A DNA stretch of 64,000 bases. It comes from Malacoraja senta. Its lineage: Eukaryota. The position numbers and the translations under genes are program-made. The stretch's first letter is position 1, and each line of letters begins with the position of its first letter. Positions 13,182-24,895 of this stretch are shown here, in pieces. The notes under the pieces are model-generated. The model made no database searches and was not told where the DNA came from. It was given only the letters and a program-made list of their open reading frames with translations. The stretch covers positions 124,001 to 188,000 of the forward strand of contig JAXLNO010001064.1 in NCBI GenBank assembly GCA_038087875.1, written 5' to 3'.

Positions 13182-13241
13182 AACCTTGTTTCTTCAAAGG
13201 AAGATGAGTCTGTCATCTATGCTGAAACAGTAAAAACATAA
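13182..13241 (+). CDS. Copy A terminal coding exon with ITIM-like SVIYAETV
   Basis: tttctctttcAG acceptor; phase 0 matches the previous donor. NLVSSKEDESVIYAETVKT-TAA. Confidence 0.75.
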   Translation, partial: NLVSSKEDESVIYAETVKT

Positions 13242-13389
13242 ACATGAATACTGTGAAGAGAGTGGAAAGTAAAGGCTTGGACTTTGACAAGTGCAACGTT
13301 GCAATTTTTGGAATTGAATTTTTTACTTTATAATTTCTATATACTTTCACGAATGTACTTCCCGAGTTATCAAAATCATCACATTCATC

Positions 13390-14700
13390 TTCTATATTAC
13401 TAAAACTAAGATCTTGACCACTTTCTGACTTTCTGTTTCGTGATTTCTGAAAGAACGCCACCACTTACGGCCGTGATTTTTGGCCACCTCGCTCAGAGTC
13501 CCCCGAGCTGAGCTGGACCAGAGGCTTTTTCCCATCGATGAAAAATCAGAGAGTTGTTAATGTTTTAGTATTGGTTGTGAGTGTGTGTGTGTGTGTCTGT
13601 GTGTGTGTTTTCAGAAAATGTATTGGTGTAAAGTGTTTGCAAATTTGGAGACTTTAAACGTTTGAATCATTCGGTTTCCACACTATGTTTACCACGTTCT
13701 GAAGTTACTTGGCNNNNNNNNNNNNNNNNNNNNNNNNNNNNNNNNNNNNNNNNNNNNNNNNNNNNNNNNNNNNNNNNNNNNNNNNNNNNNNNNNNNNNNN
13801 NNNNNNNNNNNNNNNNNNNNNNNNNNNNNNNNNNNNNNNNNNNNNNNNNNNNNNNNNNNNNNNNNNNNNNNNNNNNNNNNNNNNNNNNNNNNNNNNNNNN
13901 NNNNNNNNNNNNNNNNNNNNNNNNNNNNNNNNNNNNNNNNNNNNNNNNNNNNNNNNNNNNNNNNNNNNNNNNNNNNNNNNNNNNNNNNNNNNNNNNNNNN
14001 NTGTGTAAGTGAGTCTGTGTGTGTGTGAGTGAGAGTCTGTGTGTGTGCGTGCGTGCGTGAGAGTGCATGCGTGTCTGAGTGCGTGTGTGTCTGAGTGCGT
14101 GTGTGTCTGAGTGTGTGTGTGTGTGTGTGTATAGGGGGGTTGCACGCAAGGTCACCGGGTCAAAGGGCATGATGCATGGAGCTGCTCTGGAGGACATCGC
14201 AGCTTCCGGTATATGTTGTTAATACACGAAACGCGTACTTTCCTACCTGTTAAAAAACGCCCAAATGGTGAATTTTTGCGCTGTAAATAATTGTGGAAGT
14301 CGGGGTAACCGTGAGAGACATCTATCCTACTTCAGAATTCCAAAAGTGAAGCGAAATGAAGGTAAAGAGAAGCAACAGCTGAAGGGACAACAACAGCTAA
14401 AGTGCTTGGCGAACATTGGCCGTGCAGATATCGAGATTGAAAATATTGGGAATTATCGCCTTTGCTCACTGCATTTCATCAACAGCAAGACATTATTTGT
14501 GTTTTTTCTTGATTCCTTTGGTATCTAAAAAGTTTCAGAAGTGATAAATCTGGCTGTAAAATTTTAAAATCGCCCATGGTTCTGAAGTGGGTTTGTACAT
14601 GCAAAAAGAAAACGCCTCTGAAGCTAAATTTATCATTAAAGAAATCTCCAGACTTACGAGTGATGTGTAGAAAAGTTTTCTATCATTATGCTATTGAGAT
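13390..14700 (+). mobile_element. DNA-transposon remnant with a THAP zinc-finger exon (ORF 14265-14484); spans N gap 13714-14001; superfamily unresolved
   Basis: MVNFCAVNNC...SYFRIPK...LANIGRAD...YRLCSLHF shows the C2CH THAP signature; W of the conserved motif is replaced by C. Confidence 0.65.
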
Positions 14701-15250
14701 GTATATTTTGGCAAATAATAAAATGTCCTGACAACACCCACTGTCCTTCAATAGGATATTGTCAATTTGCTGAAGTTGATTATGTCCAATTAACAGCTAA
14801 CAATTATGCCACTCCTTGGCTTGCATCTGAGTAAAATGTAATTTGGGTGATCACAGAGGAAGATGACTTAACTTTTTGATGCCGTGGACTGTGGGAAATT
14901 TTGATTCTGTTGTGGGGGGACGTTCATGTTGAATTCTATAATGTGTTGTGTCATTTTTTCTTATTTTCAATTTTTTCTATGGATGTACGGAAACTTAATT
15001 ATTTATTTTATGTAAAGCACTTTGGTTTCAATGCGAGTTGATTTAAACGTGCTATATAAATAAAATTTACTTACTTACTTACGTATGGTTTGTGATTTTT
15101 TTACCCACACCCACCCACACTCAAACACCCACACCCACCCGAAACCACCCTCATCCACCCACACCCACCCAAAACCACCCTCACCCACCCGAAACCACCC
15201 TCACCCACTCGAAACCACCCTTACCCACACAAAACCACCCTCACCCACCC

Positions 15251-15997
15251 GTACAGGGTCTTGGTGAGACCACACCTGGAGTATTGCATACAGTTTTGGT
15301 CTCCTAATCTGAGGAAAGACATTCTCGCCAAGTACAGAGAAGGTTCACCAGACTGATTCCTGGGATGTCAGGACTTTCATATGAAGAAAGACTGGATAGA
15401 CTCGGCTTGTACTCGCTAGAATTTAGAAGATTGAGGGGGGATCTTATAGAAACTTACAAAATTCTTTAGGGGTTGGACAGGCTAGATGCAGGAAGATTGT
15501 TCCCGATGTTGGGGAAGTCCAGGACAAGGGGTCACAGTTTAAGGATAAGGGGGAAATCTTTTAGGACCGAGATGAGAAAAATATTTTTCACACAGAGAGT
15601 GGTGAATATCTGGAATTCTCTGCCACAGAAGATAGTTGAGGCCAGTTCATTGGCTATATTTAAGAGGGAGTTAGATGTGGCCCTTGTGGCTAAAGGAATC
15701 AGGGGGTATGGAGAGAAGGCAGGTACAGATGGTTCCGCTGACTTCCACTGGTCTCTCCATCTCGTCTTGACCATCTGGTCAAAGACAGCCTCTACGCGGC
15801 CTGCACTGCGAGTACCTTACAGGCTCATAAACCGACAAAGCGAAACAAATGTTTAGCGCTAATGCAGCTTAATGTTGAAGGCCTTACCACCGCCAAGCTC
15901 AACGTCATCGAGCAGATTATCAGCCGTGATCACATTGAATGGCGGTGCTGGGTCGAAGGGCCGAATGGCCTCCTCCTGTACCCATTGTCTGTTTCTA
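15251..15997 (+). mobile_element. CR1 LINE 3-prime fragment with a 190-bp foreign insert (15729-15918)
   Basis: LDAGRLFPMLGKSRTRGHSL...WNSLP...FKRELD; tail ctattgtctgtttctatg. Confidence 0.85.
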
Positions 15998-16442
15998 TGA
16001 AACCACCCTCACCCGAAATCACCCACGCAAAACCACCCTCACCCACCCACCCACCCGAAACCACCCACCCACCCGAAACCACCCACACCCACCCGAAACC
16101 ACCCTCACCCACCCAAAACCACCCACACAAAACCACCCTCACCCACCCGAAACCACCCACACAAAACCACCCTCACCCACCCGAAACCACCCACACCCAC
16201 CCGAAACCACCCACACAAAACCACCCTCACCCACCCGAAACCACCCACACCCACCCGAAACCACCCACACCCACCCGAAACCACACTCACCCACCCGAAA
16301 CCACCCTCACCCACCCGAAACCACCCTCACCCACCCGAAACCACTCTCACCTACCCGAAACCACCCTCACCCACCCGAAACCACCCACACCCATCCGAAA
16401 CCACCCACACCCACCCGAAACCACCCTCACCCACCCGAAACC

Positions 16443-17046
16443 AAAAAGCTAATTCTAAAATTTTGGAAGAAGGCTCCAATACCAACTATAAATATGTGGA
16501 TTTCAAATATGTTTGAAACATTACACCTAGAAGAGATAAGACTCCTCCTAGCAGGTAAACCAGATCACTTCCACCTGACGTGGTCTGCATTTATAGAATT
16601 ATTACAAACATAGGGTGCAAAAGTACTTTAAAAAAAATAAAAAATTGAGGTCAGGTAAGGGGGGATGATAGTTGAAGAGTTGGTATGTCCTAGTTACGTA
16701 ATGCTCAAAAAAAAATATTTTTTTCTTTTTTTTTCCTCTCTCTCTTTCTCTTTTTTTCCTAGGGCCTATTTCTTAACTCTTTTTCTTTTGTTTTTAATTT
16801 CGCTCTTATAGGGTCTTCGTCCTTTTTTGTTGTTACATTTTCTACACTTTTCTACACTTTTACTTTTTCCTTCACTTTCTTCTTTCTTTCAATCTTTTCC
16901 TTTTCTAGTGTAAAAAAATAAATAAAGGGAGTACATTAATTGTAAGAAGATATAAATGACGAGTATTAATGTATGTGGTTGTAATGTAATGTACTTCTAA
17001 TAAATAAAAATTAAAAAAATAATTAAAAAAAAAATAATAAAAAAAA
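16443..17046 (+). mobile_element. 5-prime-truncated L1/Tx1-type LINE (ORF2 C-terminus, T-rich 3-prime UTR, poly-A)
   Basis: KKLILKFWKK...WISNMFETLHLEEIR...TWSAFIELL-stop resembles the fish L1 ORF2 end; AATAAA and A-rich tail end at 17046. Confidence 0.75.
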
Positions 17047-17149
17047 CCACCCGAAACCACCCTCACCCACCCGAAACCACCCTCACCCACATTTACAGCC
17101 TCTCTCTCTCTTCTTCTTCTTTCGTGTGACGTGCACAGCCTAAAGTTGT

Positions 17150-17412
17150 TGGACAACTTGTTCTATTTGATCTCTCTCCATCTGTCTCCCTCCATCTTTC
17201 TGTCACCAGGGTCCGGGGTCTCGGCGCCGGTTTCATCTTCATCTTGTTCCCGCCCAAAGCTCCAACCGCCAACCGCCGACTGCACCTGCCCTCACCAAGA
17301 TGGCCGCCTGTCCTCCGGTCCCGCCCCCCCCCCCCGTCGACCGCATGAAAATGGCTGCGCGCGGGCGGGCGGAGAAGCGTCACTTGGTGACGTCGCTGCC
17401 GACGGACCTGAG
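17150..17412 (+). promoter_or_regulatory. CpG-rich candidate promoter and non-coding first exon of the zinc-finger gene
   Basis: CAAGATGGCCGCC (17296-17308) and AAAATGGCTGC YY1-type motifs, GTGACGTC CRE-like site, GC boxes, donor GAG/GTAAAT at 17412/17413. The next strong acceptor (22643-22644) precedes the ZNF ORF. Confidence 0.5.
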
Positions 17413-17735
17413 GTAAATAAATAACTAACTGATGATCAGCGGCTGCAGCGGATTGTGCGGGATCGGGTCACGTGGGGGGAGAAGTGAGTGGGTGAGTGAG
17501 GTCAATGACCACATACAGTACAGTACAGTACAGTACAGTACAGTACAGGCCGGTACAGTCACGTGTGTGGACATGTGTGTGTGGGGGAGAGAGAGAGCGC
17601 TGAGGGCAATCTCCACATAAACCACGTCTGGGGGAATCAAACTGGTCAAACTGGGGTCAATTATATAAACTCACCGTCTGGAGCAGCGTCCTGAGATAAA
17701 ACACCTTATATATAAACATCTCCCTCTCTCTGGCT

Positions 17736-20700
17736 CCCAACCCCCCCTCTCTGTAAATAATCAATAAATCACCACATAAACTGCACGTCTGGGGGAATAA
17801 ACCTGGTAAATCTGGGGTAAATAATGTTATAACACACAGGGGAGCGGAATAAACCCGGTAAATCTGGGGTAAATAATGTTATAAACACACAGGGGAGTGG
17901 AATAAACCCGGTAAAACTGGGGTAAATAATGTTATAAACACACAGGGGAACAAAGTAAACCCTGTCTGGGGTAAAACTAAGGTAAAGTAAATAAGTTTAT
18001 TGGCCAAGTATTCACATACAAGGAATTTGCCTTGGTGCTCTGCCCACAAGCAACAACATGGCATACAGTGACAGTAAATAATGTTATAATACAGTAAATA
18101 ATATTAGAAACACACAGGGGAGCGGAATAAACCCGGTCTGGGGTAAAACTGGGGTAAATAATGTTATAAACACACAGGGGAACAAAATACACAAACAGCC
18201 CCACAGCCATCAGGATATTGAACTCAACTCAAACAAAACTCTAAATATTAATAGCCCATTATCAGTTTATTTGCACTTTATCTGTTTTCTTTATACATGT
18301 GTGTATATATTTATACAATGGTATATGGACACACTGATCTGTTCTGTATTCATGCCGTCTATATTCTTTTGTGCTGAAGCAAAGCAAGAATTTCATTGTC
18401 CTATCTGGGACACACGACAATAAACTATCTTGAATCTTGAATAAACCCGGTCTGGGGTAAAACTGAGGTAAATAATGTTATAAACACACAGGTGAGCAAA
18501 TTAAACCCGGTCTGGGGTAAAACGGGGTAAATAATGTTCTAAAGACACAGGGGAGCAGAATAAACTGGGCTGTGGAGTCGTTCCCAAAACATCCGACCCC
18601 GACCCCTCGGTAAAATAATTCTAAATCTGCTGTGATGACATTACACAAGTTGGCATTTCATAAGAACCACATGAATCCTCAGGCTGCCTTTTAAACCCAT
18701 GTCCATAAAGTTTTGAGTCTAACGGTTGTATCTGTGCTATTGTGGCTTTTAAAAATGTTTATTCTTGAAATAAAAACCATAATTCATTATGCTAAAAGAA
18801 AACAAAATGGTAGAAAGGACCATGACAAAATTAAAGTTCCATTGAATTAAGTAAAAATTATAAAAGCATTACTCCAAAATGTATTAAACTAAGGCCACAG
18901 GTATGAGCTAAATGGCTAAATTATGACAAAAAAAACATCATGTGCATAGAAACCATAGAAAATAGGTGCAGGAGGAGGCCATTCGGCCCTTCGAGCCAGC
19001 ACCGCCATTCATTGTGATCATGGCTGATCGTCCCCTATCAATAACCCGTGCCTGCCTTCTCCACATATCCCTTGACTCCACTAGCCCCTAGAGCTCTATC
19101 TAACTCTCTCTTAAATCCATCCAGTGATTTGGCCTCCACTGCCCTCTGTGTCAGGGAATTCCATAAATTCACAACTCTCTGGGTGAAAACTTTTTTTCTC
19201 ACCTCAGTCTTAAATGACCTCCCCTTTCTTCTAAGACTGTGGCCCCTGGTTCTGGACTCGCCCAACATTGGGAACATGTTTCCTGCATCTAGCTTGTCCA
19301 GTCCTTTTATAATTTTATATGTTTCCATAAGATACCCCCTCATCCTTCTACACTCCAGTGAATACAAGCCTAGTCTTTTCAATCTTTCCTCATATGACAG
19401 TCCCGGCATCCCAGGAATCAATCTCGTGAACCTACGCTGCACTGCCTGAATCACAAGGATGTCCTTCCTCAAATTAGGAGACCAAAACTGTACACAATAC
19501 TCCAGATGTGGTCTCACCAGAGACCTATACAACTGCAGAAGAACCTCTTTACACCTATACTGAAATCCACTCGTTATGAAGGCCAACATTCCATTAGCTT
19601 TCTTCACTGCCTGCTGTACCTGCACGCCAACTTTCAGTGACCGGTGTACAAGGACACCCAGGTCTCGCTGCACCTCCCCCTTACCTAACCTAACCCCATT
19701 GAGATAATAATCTGCCCCTTGTTTTTGCCGCCAAAGTGGATAACCTCACATTTATCTATATTATACTGCATCTGCCCACTCAATCAACCTGTCCAAGTCA
19801 CCCTCCAACCTCCTAACATCCTCTTCACAGTTCACACTGCCACCCAGCTTTGTGTCATCTGCAATAGTGCAATAGAAATTAAAAGTAAATGCCTAGGTAG
19901 TTAAGTTTGCTACAAAAGTACATACCTAAAATGTATTAATAAAAGTCTGAGGAACAGAATTGCTTCTCTCAGAGAGAGAGAGAGAGAAAGTGGAGGGAGG
20001 AGTGGAGTGAGAGGCTGGAGGTGGAAAGGGGGTGAAGTGAGTAGCGGGGGGAAACAGGCAGCAAAGGGAGGGGGGAGGATTCAAGGGGGAGTGGGTTTGG
20101 TGCCGTGGGGGATGAATGGGGGGAAGGGAACTGGGGGGGAGATAGAGGGGTCAGGTGAGCCAAGGAAGGGGGTAGGGAACCAGGTGGGGGTGGGTTCAAA
20201 TTGTTTGGGGGTGGGGAGGAGGGGGGAGGGAGCAAAGGGGGATAAGGAACAGGAGGCGGCAGGTATAAGGGGCAGGGAGCCACAGGAAGGAGGTCACATT
20301 GTTTGGGGGTGGGGAGGGTGTTGCAGTTTAGGAAGTCAAACCAGGGCAGGGTCTTCACTGTGAATGGCGGGGCGCTGGGGGAATGTGTGGAGCCGAGGGA
20401 TCTAGGAGGGCAAGTACGAGTTGGGTCGAAGGGCCTCTTTCCAACGCTGTATCACTCAGTGAATCTATGACAAAGTGCTGGAGTAATTCAGCGGGTCAGG
20501 CAGCATCTGTGGAGAAGATAAACACAAAGGGCTGGAGTAACTCAGCGGGTCAGGCAGCATCTGTGGAGAGAAGGAAACAAAGGGCTGGAGTAACTCAGCG
20601 GGTCAGGCAGCATCTGTGGAGAGAAGGAATGGGTGACATTTTTGGCTCGAGACCCTTCTTTGGTTTAGTTTAGTTTAGAGATGCAGCGCAGGAGAACCCC

Positions 20701-22404
20701 CCTCTCTGTAAATAATCAATAAATCACCACATAAAACTGCACGTCTGGGGGAATAAACCCAGTAAATCTGGGGTTAATAATGTTATAAACCCAGTAAAAC
20801 TGGGGTAAAGTAACTAAGTTTATTGGCCAAGTATTCACATGCAAGGAATCTTGCCTTGGTTGCTTCCGCCCACAAGTAACAACATGACATACAGTGACAG
20901 TTAATAATGTTATAATACAGTAATTAATATTAGAAACACACATAGGGGAGCGGAATAAACCCCGTCTGGGGTAAAAACCTGGGTAAATAATGTTATAAAC
21001 GCACAGGGAGCGGAATAAACTGGGCTGTGGAGTCGTTCCCAAAACATCCGACCCCGACCCCTCGATAAAATAAATCTAAATCTGCTGTGATGACTTTACA
21101 CAAGTTGGCATTTCATAAGAACCACATGAATCCTCAGGCTGCCTTTTAAACCCATGTCCATAAAGTTTTGAGTCTAACGGTTGTATCTGTGCTATTGTGG
21201 TTTTTTTTTAATGTTTATTCTTGAAATAAAAACCATAATTCATTTATGCTAAAAGAAAAACAAAATGGTAGAAAGGACCATGACAAAATTAAAGTTCCAT
21301 TGAATTAAGTAAAAATTATAAAAGCATTACTCCAAAATGTATTAAACTAAGGCCACAGGTATGAAGCTAAATGGTTAAATTATGACAAAAAAAACATGTG
21401 CATAGAAACCATAGAAAATAGGTGCAGGAGGAGGCCATTCGGCCCTTCGAGCCAGCACCGCCATTCATTGTGATCATGACTGATCGTCCCCCAATCAATA
21501 ACCCGTGCCTGCCTTCTCCACATATCCCTTGACTCTACTAGACCCAAGAGCTCTATCTAACCTCTCTCTTAAATCCATCCAGTGATTTGGCCTCCACTGC
21601 CCCCTGTGGCAGGGAATTCCATAAATTCACAACTCACTGGATGAATTTTTTTTTTCCTCACCTCAGTCTTAAATGACCTCCTCTTTATTCTAAGACTGTG
21701 GCCCTGGTTCTGGACTCGTCCAACATTGGGAACATTTTTCCTGCATCTAGCTTGTCCAGTCCTTCTTTATAATTTTATGTTTCCATAAGATTCCCCCTCA
21801 TCCTTCTAAACTCCAGTGAATACAAGCCTAGTCTTTTCAATCTTTCCTCATATGACAGTCCCGCCATACCAGGGATCAATCTCGTGAACCTACGCTGCAC
21901 TGCCTGAATCACAAGGATGTCCTTCCTCAAATTAGGAGACCAAAAACTATACACAATACTCCAGATGTGGTCTCACCAGAGACCTATACAACTGCAGAAG
22001 AACCTCTTTACACCTATACTGAAATCCTCTCGTTATGAAGGCCAACATTCCATTAGCTTTCTTCACTGCCTGCTGTATCTGCACGCCAACTTTCAGTGAC
22101 CGGTGTACAAGGACACCCAGGTTTCGCTGCACCTCCCCTTACCTAACCTAACCCCATTGATATAATAATCTGCCCCCTTGTTTGCCACCAAGTGGCTCCC
22201 TCCCCTTTCTCTATATTATACTGCATCTGCCATGTTTCCCCCGCTACTCACTCAACCTTCACGTCCTTCCATCCTCCTAACAGCTTCCCACGTCCACTGC
22301 CTCCTCCAGCTTTGTGCTCCTCTGCACTCTCGCTGCACTGAGAATAAAGTCAATGCCTAGGTCCGTCAGTAGCTTTTATTAATACTTTTAGGTATGTACT
22401 TTTG
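17736..22404 (+). repeat. Direct duplication (about 17736-19935 vs 20696-22404) containing an about 53-bp satellite-like repeat and a CR1; third partial copy about 40570-41125
   Basis: Shared AATAATGTTATAAACACACAGGGG units, unique spacer and CR1. The second copy degrades towards the N gap. Confidence 0.85.
18948..19860 (-). mobile_element. CR1 LINE 3-prime region (copy at about 21403-22260)
   Basis: ORF 19038-19673 QRDLGVLV...[13 protein letters not shown]...RTRGHSL; (CTATGTTT)-type tail. Confidence 0.9.
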
Positions 22405-22762
22405 NNNNNNNNNNNNNNNNNNNNNNNNNNNNNNNNNNNNNNNNNNNNNNNNNNNNNNNNNNNNNNNNNNNNNNNNNNNNNNNNNNNNNNNNNNNNNNNN
22501 NNNNNNNNNNNNNNNNNNNNNNNNNNNNNNNNNNNNNNNNNNNNNNNNNNNNNNNNNNNNNNNNNNNNNNNNNNNNNNNNNNNNNNNNNNNNNNNNNNNN
22601 NNNNGTTTACCAGCTTGTTGACCTTCTGTGTTCCCCTCCTGCAGGGTTTCGGAGCCGTTGCTGTGGACGGAGAGACAGGCCATTTAGGGCGGCCAGGGTG
22701 CCGGTGAGCCCCCCCCCCCATCTGCTCGGTGTGTGGGCTGAGCTTCGAGGGGCTGAGATTCG

Positions 22763-24409
22763 ATGGGGGACCACATGACGGGGCACAACAAGGAGAAGCG
22801 TTATGAGTGTGACGTGTGTGGCAAGGCCTGGCGGTGCCCGAGCCGGCTGGACATCCACCGGCGGGTGCACATGGGAGAACGCCCCTTCAACGGCTCGGAG
22901 TGCGACAAGAGCTTCAAGATGGCGAAACAGCTGAAGATGCACCAGCGGGTTCACATTGGCGAGAAGCCCTATTGCTGCGGCACCTGCGGCAAGAACTTTG
23001 CCCGGTTGTCGGGGCTGAGGAACCACCGGCGGGTGCACAGCAGTGAGCGGCCCTTCACCTGCTCCAACTGCGGCAAAGGCTTCAAGTCGTCGTTGGACCT
23101 GAAGGTGCACAGGCGTGTGCACACCGGGGAGCGGCCCCACACCTGCGCCCAGTGCGGCAAGGGTTTCACCCTCTCCGGCAGACTGCTGAGGCACCAGCGC
23201 ACCCACACCGGTGAGCGCCCCTACACCTGCGTCCAGTGTGGCAAGGGCTTCACCCAGACCAGTCACCTGCTGTCACACCAGCGCACCCACACCGGCGAGC
23301 GCCCCTTCACCTGCGCCCAGTGCGGCAAGGGTTTCGCCTTCTCCGGCACCCTGCTGAGGCACCAGCGCACCCACACCGGCGAGCGCCCCTACACCTGCGT
23401 CCAGTGCGGCAAGGGTTTCACCAGATCCAGCAGCCTGCGGTCCCACCAGCGCACCCACACCGGCGAGCGTCCCTACACCTGCGTCCAGTGCGGCAAGGGT
23501 TTCACCAGCTCCAGCAGCCTGCAGTCCCACCAGCGCACTCACACCGGCGAGCGTCCCTACACCTGCAGCTACTGCGGCAAGGGCTTCATCTGCTCCAGCC
23601 ACCTGCTGTCCCACCAGCGCACCCACACCGGCGAGCGTCCCTACACCTGCAGCTACTGCGACAAGGGCTTCATCTGGTCCAGCCACCTGCTGTCCCACCA
23701 GCGCACCCACACCGGCGAGCGCCCCTTCTCCTGCGCCCAGTGCGGCAAGGGTTTCGCCCTCTCCGGCACCCTGCTGAAGCACCAGCGCACCCACACCGGC
23801 GAGCGCCCCTACACCTGCGTCCAGTGCGGCAAGGGTTTCATCTGCTCCAGCAGCCTGCGGTCCCACCAGCGCACCCACACCGGCGAGCGTCCCTACACCT
23901 GCAGCTACTGCGACAAGGGCTTCATCTGCTCCAGCCACCTGCTGTCCCACCAGCGCACCCACACCGGCGAGCGCCCCTTCACCTGCGCCCAGTGCGGCAA
24001 GGGTTTCGCCCTCTCCGGCACCCTGCTGAGGCACCAGCGCACCCACACCGGCGAGCACCCCTACACCTGCGTCCAGTGCGGCAAGGGTTTCACCAGCTCC
24101 AGCAGCCTGCGGTCCCACCAGCGCACCCACACCGGCAAGCACCCATACACCTGCGCCCAATGCGGCAAGGGCTTCGCCAGCTCCACCGGACTGCTGTGCC
24201 ACCAGCGGGTGCACACCGGCGACCGTCCCGTCCCCAGCCCGGTGTGTGGAGAGCGCTTTACCATGGCCTCCCACGCCCTGTCTCACCAGTGCGTGCACAC
24301 CAGTGGCCAGCCCTACGACTGCCCGTACTGCGGTGAGGAGTTTGACAGCTCGCGGGGGTTGCGGCAGCACCGGCGGACCCACGCCGGCGAGCAGCTGCTC
24401 CCACTGTGA
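22763..24409 (+). CDS. Tandem C2H2 zinc-finger protein, 19 finger units (17 intact), no KRAB/SCAN domain visible; about 3 further fingers out of frame to 24623
   Basis: 548-aa ORF with CxxC-x12-HxxxH units and TGERPY linkers; acceptor cctcctgcAG at 22643-22644. Confidence 0.93.
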   Translation: MGDHMTGHNKEKRYECDVCGKAWRCPSRLDIHRRVHMGERPFNGSECDKSFKMAKQLKMHQRVHIGEKPYCCGTCGKNFARLSGLRNHRRVHSSERPFTCSNCGKGFKSSLDLKVHRRVHTGERPHTCAQCGKGFTLSGRLLRHQRTHTGERPYTCVQCGKGFTQTSHLLSHQRTHTGERPFTCAQCGKGFAFSGTLLRHQRTHTGERPYTCVQCGKGFTRSSSLRSHQRTHTGERPYTCVQCGKGFTSSSSLQSHQRTHTGERPYTCSYCGKGFICSSHLLSHQRTHTGERPYTCSYCDKGFIWSSHLLSHQRTHTGERPFSCAQCGKGFALSGTLLKHQRTHTGERPYTCVQCGKGFICSSSLRSHQRTHTGERPYTCSYCDKGFICSSHLLSHQRTHTGERPFTCAQCGKGFALSGTLLRHQRTHTGEHPYTCVQCGKGFTSSSSLRSHQRTHTGKHPYTCAQCGKGFASSTGLLCHQRVHTGDRPVPSPVCGERFTMASHALSHQCVHTSGQPYDCPYCGEEFDSSRGLRQHRRTHAGEQLLPL

Positions 24410-24639
24410 CAAGAGAGCACGGGGGCTGCGGGAGCACCAGCGGTTACACACCGGAGAGAGACCTTATGTGTGCGCTGAGTGTGGCAAGGGTTTCACCCGC
24501 CTTGACCACCTGCTGGAGCACCGACGAGTCCACACCGGCCAGCGTCCCTTCACCTGCCTGCTCTGCAGCAAGATCTTTGCCCGCTCCTCCAGCCTGCTGG
24601 CACACCGCCACGTGGATAGATAGGGGCTGTTTAGGTAGA

Positions 24640-24895
24640 CACAAAATGCTGGGAGGAATGGGTAACGTTTCAGGGTCGAGACCCATCTTCAGTGTCGACC
24701 TGATACATCACCCATTCCTTGTCTCCAGAGATGCTGCCTGTCCCGCTGAGTTACTCCAGCACTCTGAAATGTCACCTATCCATGTTCTCCAGAGATGCTG
24801 CCTGACCCGCTGAGTTACTCCAGCACTCTGAAATGTCACCTATCCATGTTCTCCACAGATGCTGCCTGACCCGCTGAGTTACTCCAGCACTCTGC
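24640..24895. repeat. Penelope-derived terminal sequence, about 60-bp unit repeated three times
   Basis: GATGCTGCCTGACCCGCTGAGTTACTCCAGCAC...GTCACCTATCCATGTTCTCCA units plus a hammerhead-like motif on the minus strand. Confidence 0.65.

Larger units (their letters stand above)
15105..17090 (+). repeat. About 20-bp C/A-rich minisatellite (CCACCCGAAACCACCCTCAC), split into blocks 15105-15250, 15998-16442 and 17047-17090 by TE insertions
   Basis: Direct reading of tandem units. Confidence 0.9.

Noticed and set aside
203-13241. Naming the gene CD4 or LAG3
   Set aside because: The domain layout and D4 WxC are similar, but D1 is a single exon, the tail has ITIMs and no CxC, and no CD4-locus neighbours are visible. 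Orthology cannot be shown without phylogeny.
13662-14197. ORFs spanning the N runs (also 22350-22721)
   Set aside because: Artefacts of gaps and GT microsatellites.
15862-16613. Mucin-like Pro/Thr/His ORFs
   Set aside because: Translations of the 20-bp minisatellite fused to LINE fragments.
22607-24451. Long alternative-frame and antisense ORFs over the ZNF gene
   Set aside because: Expected shadows of a GC-rich 84-bp repeat array.
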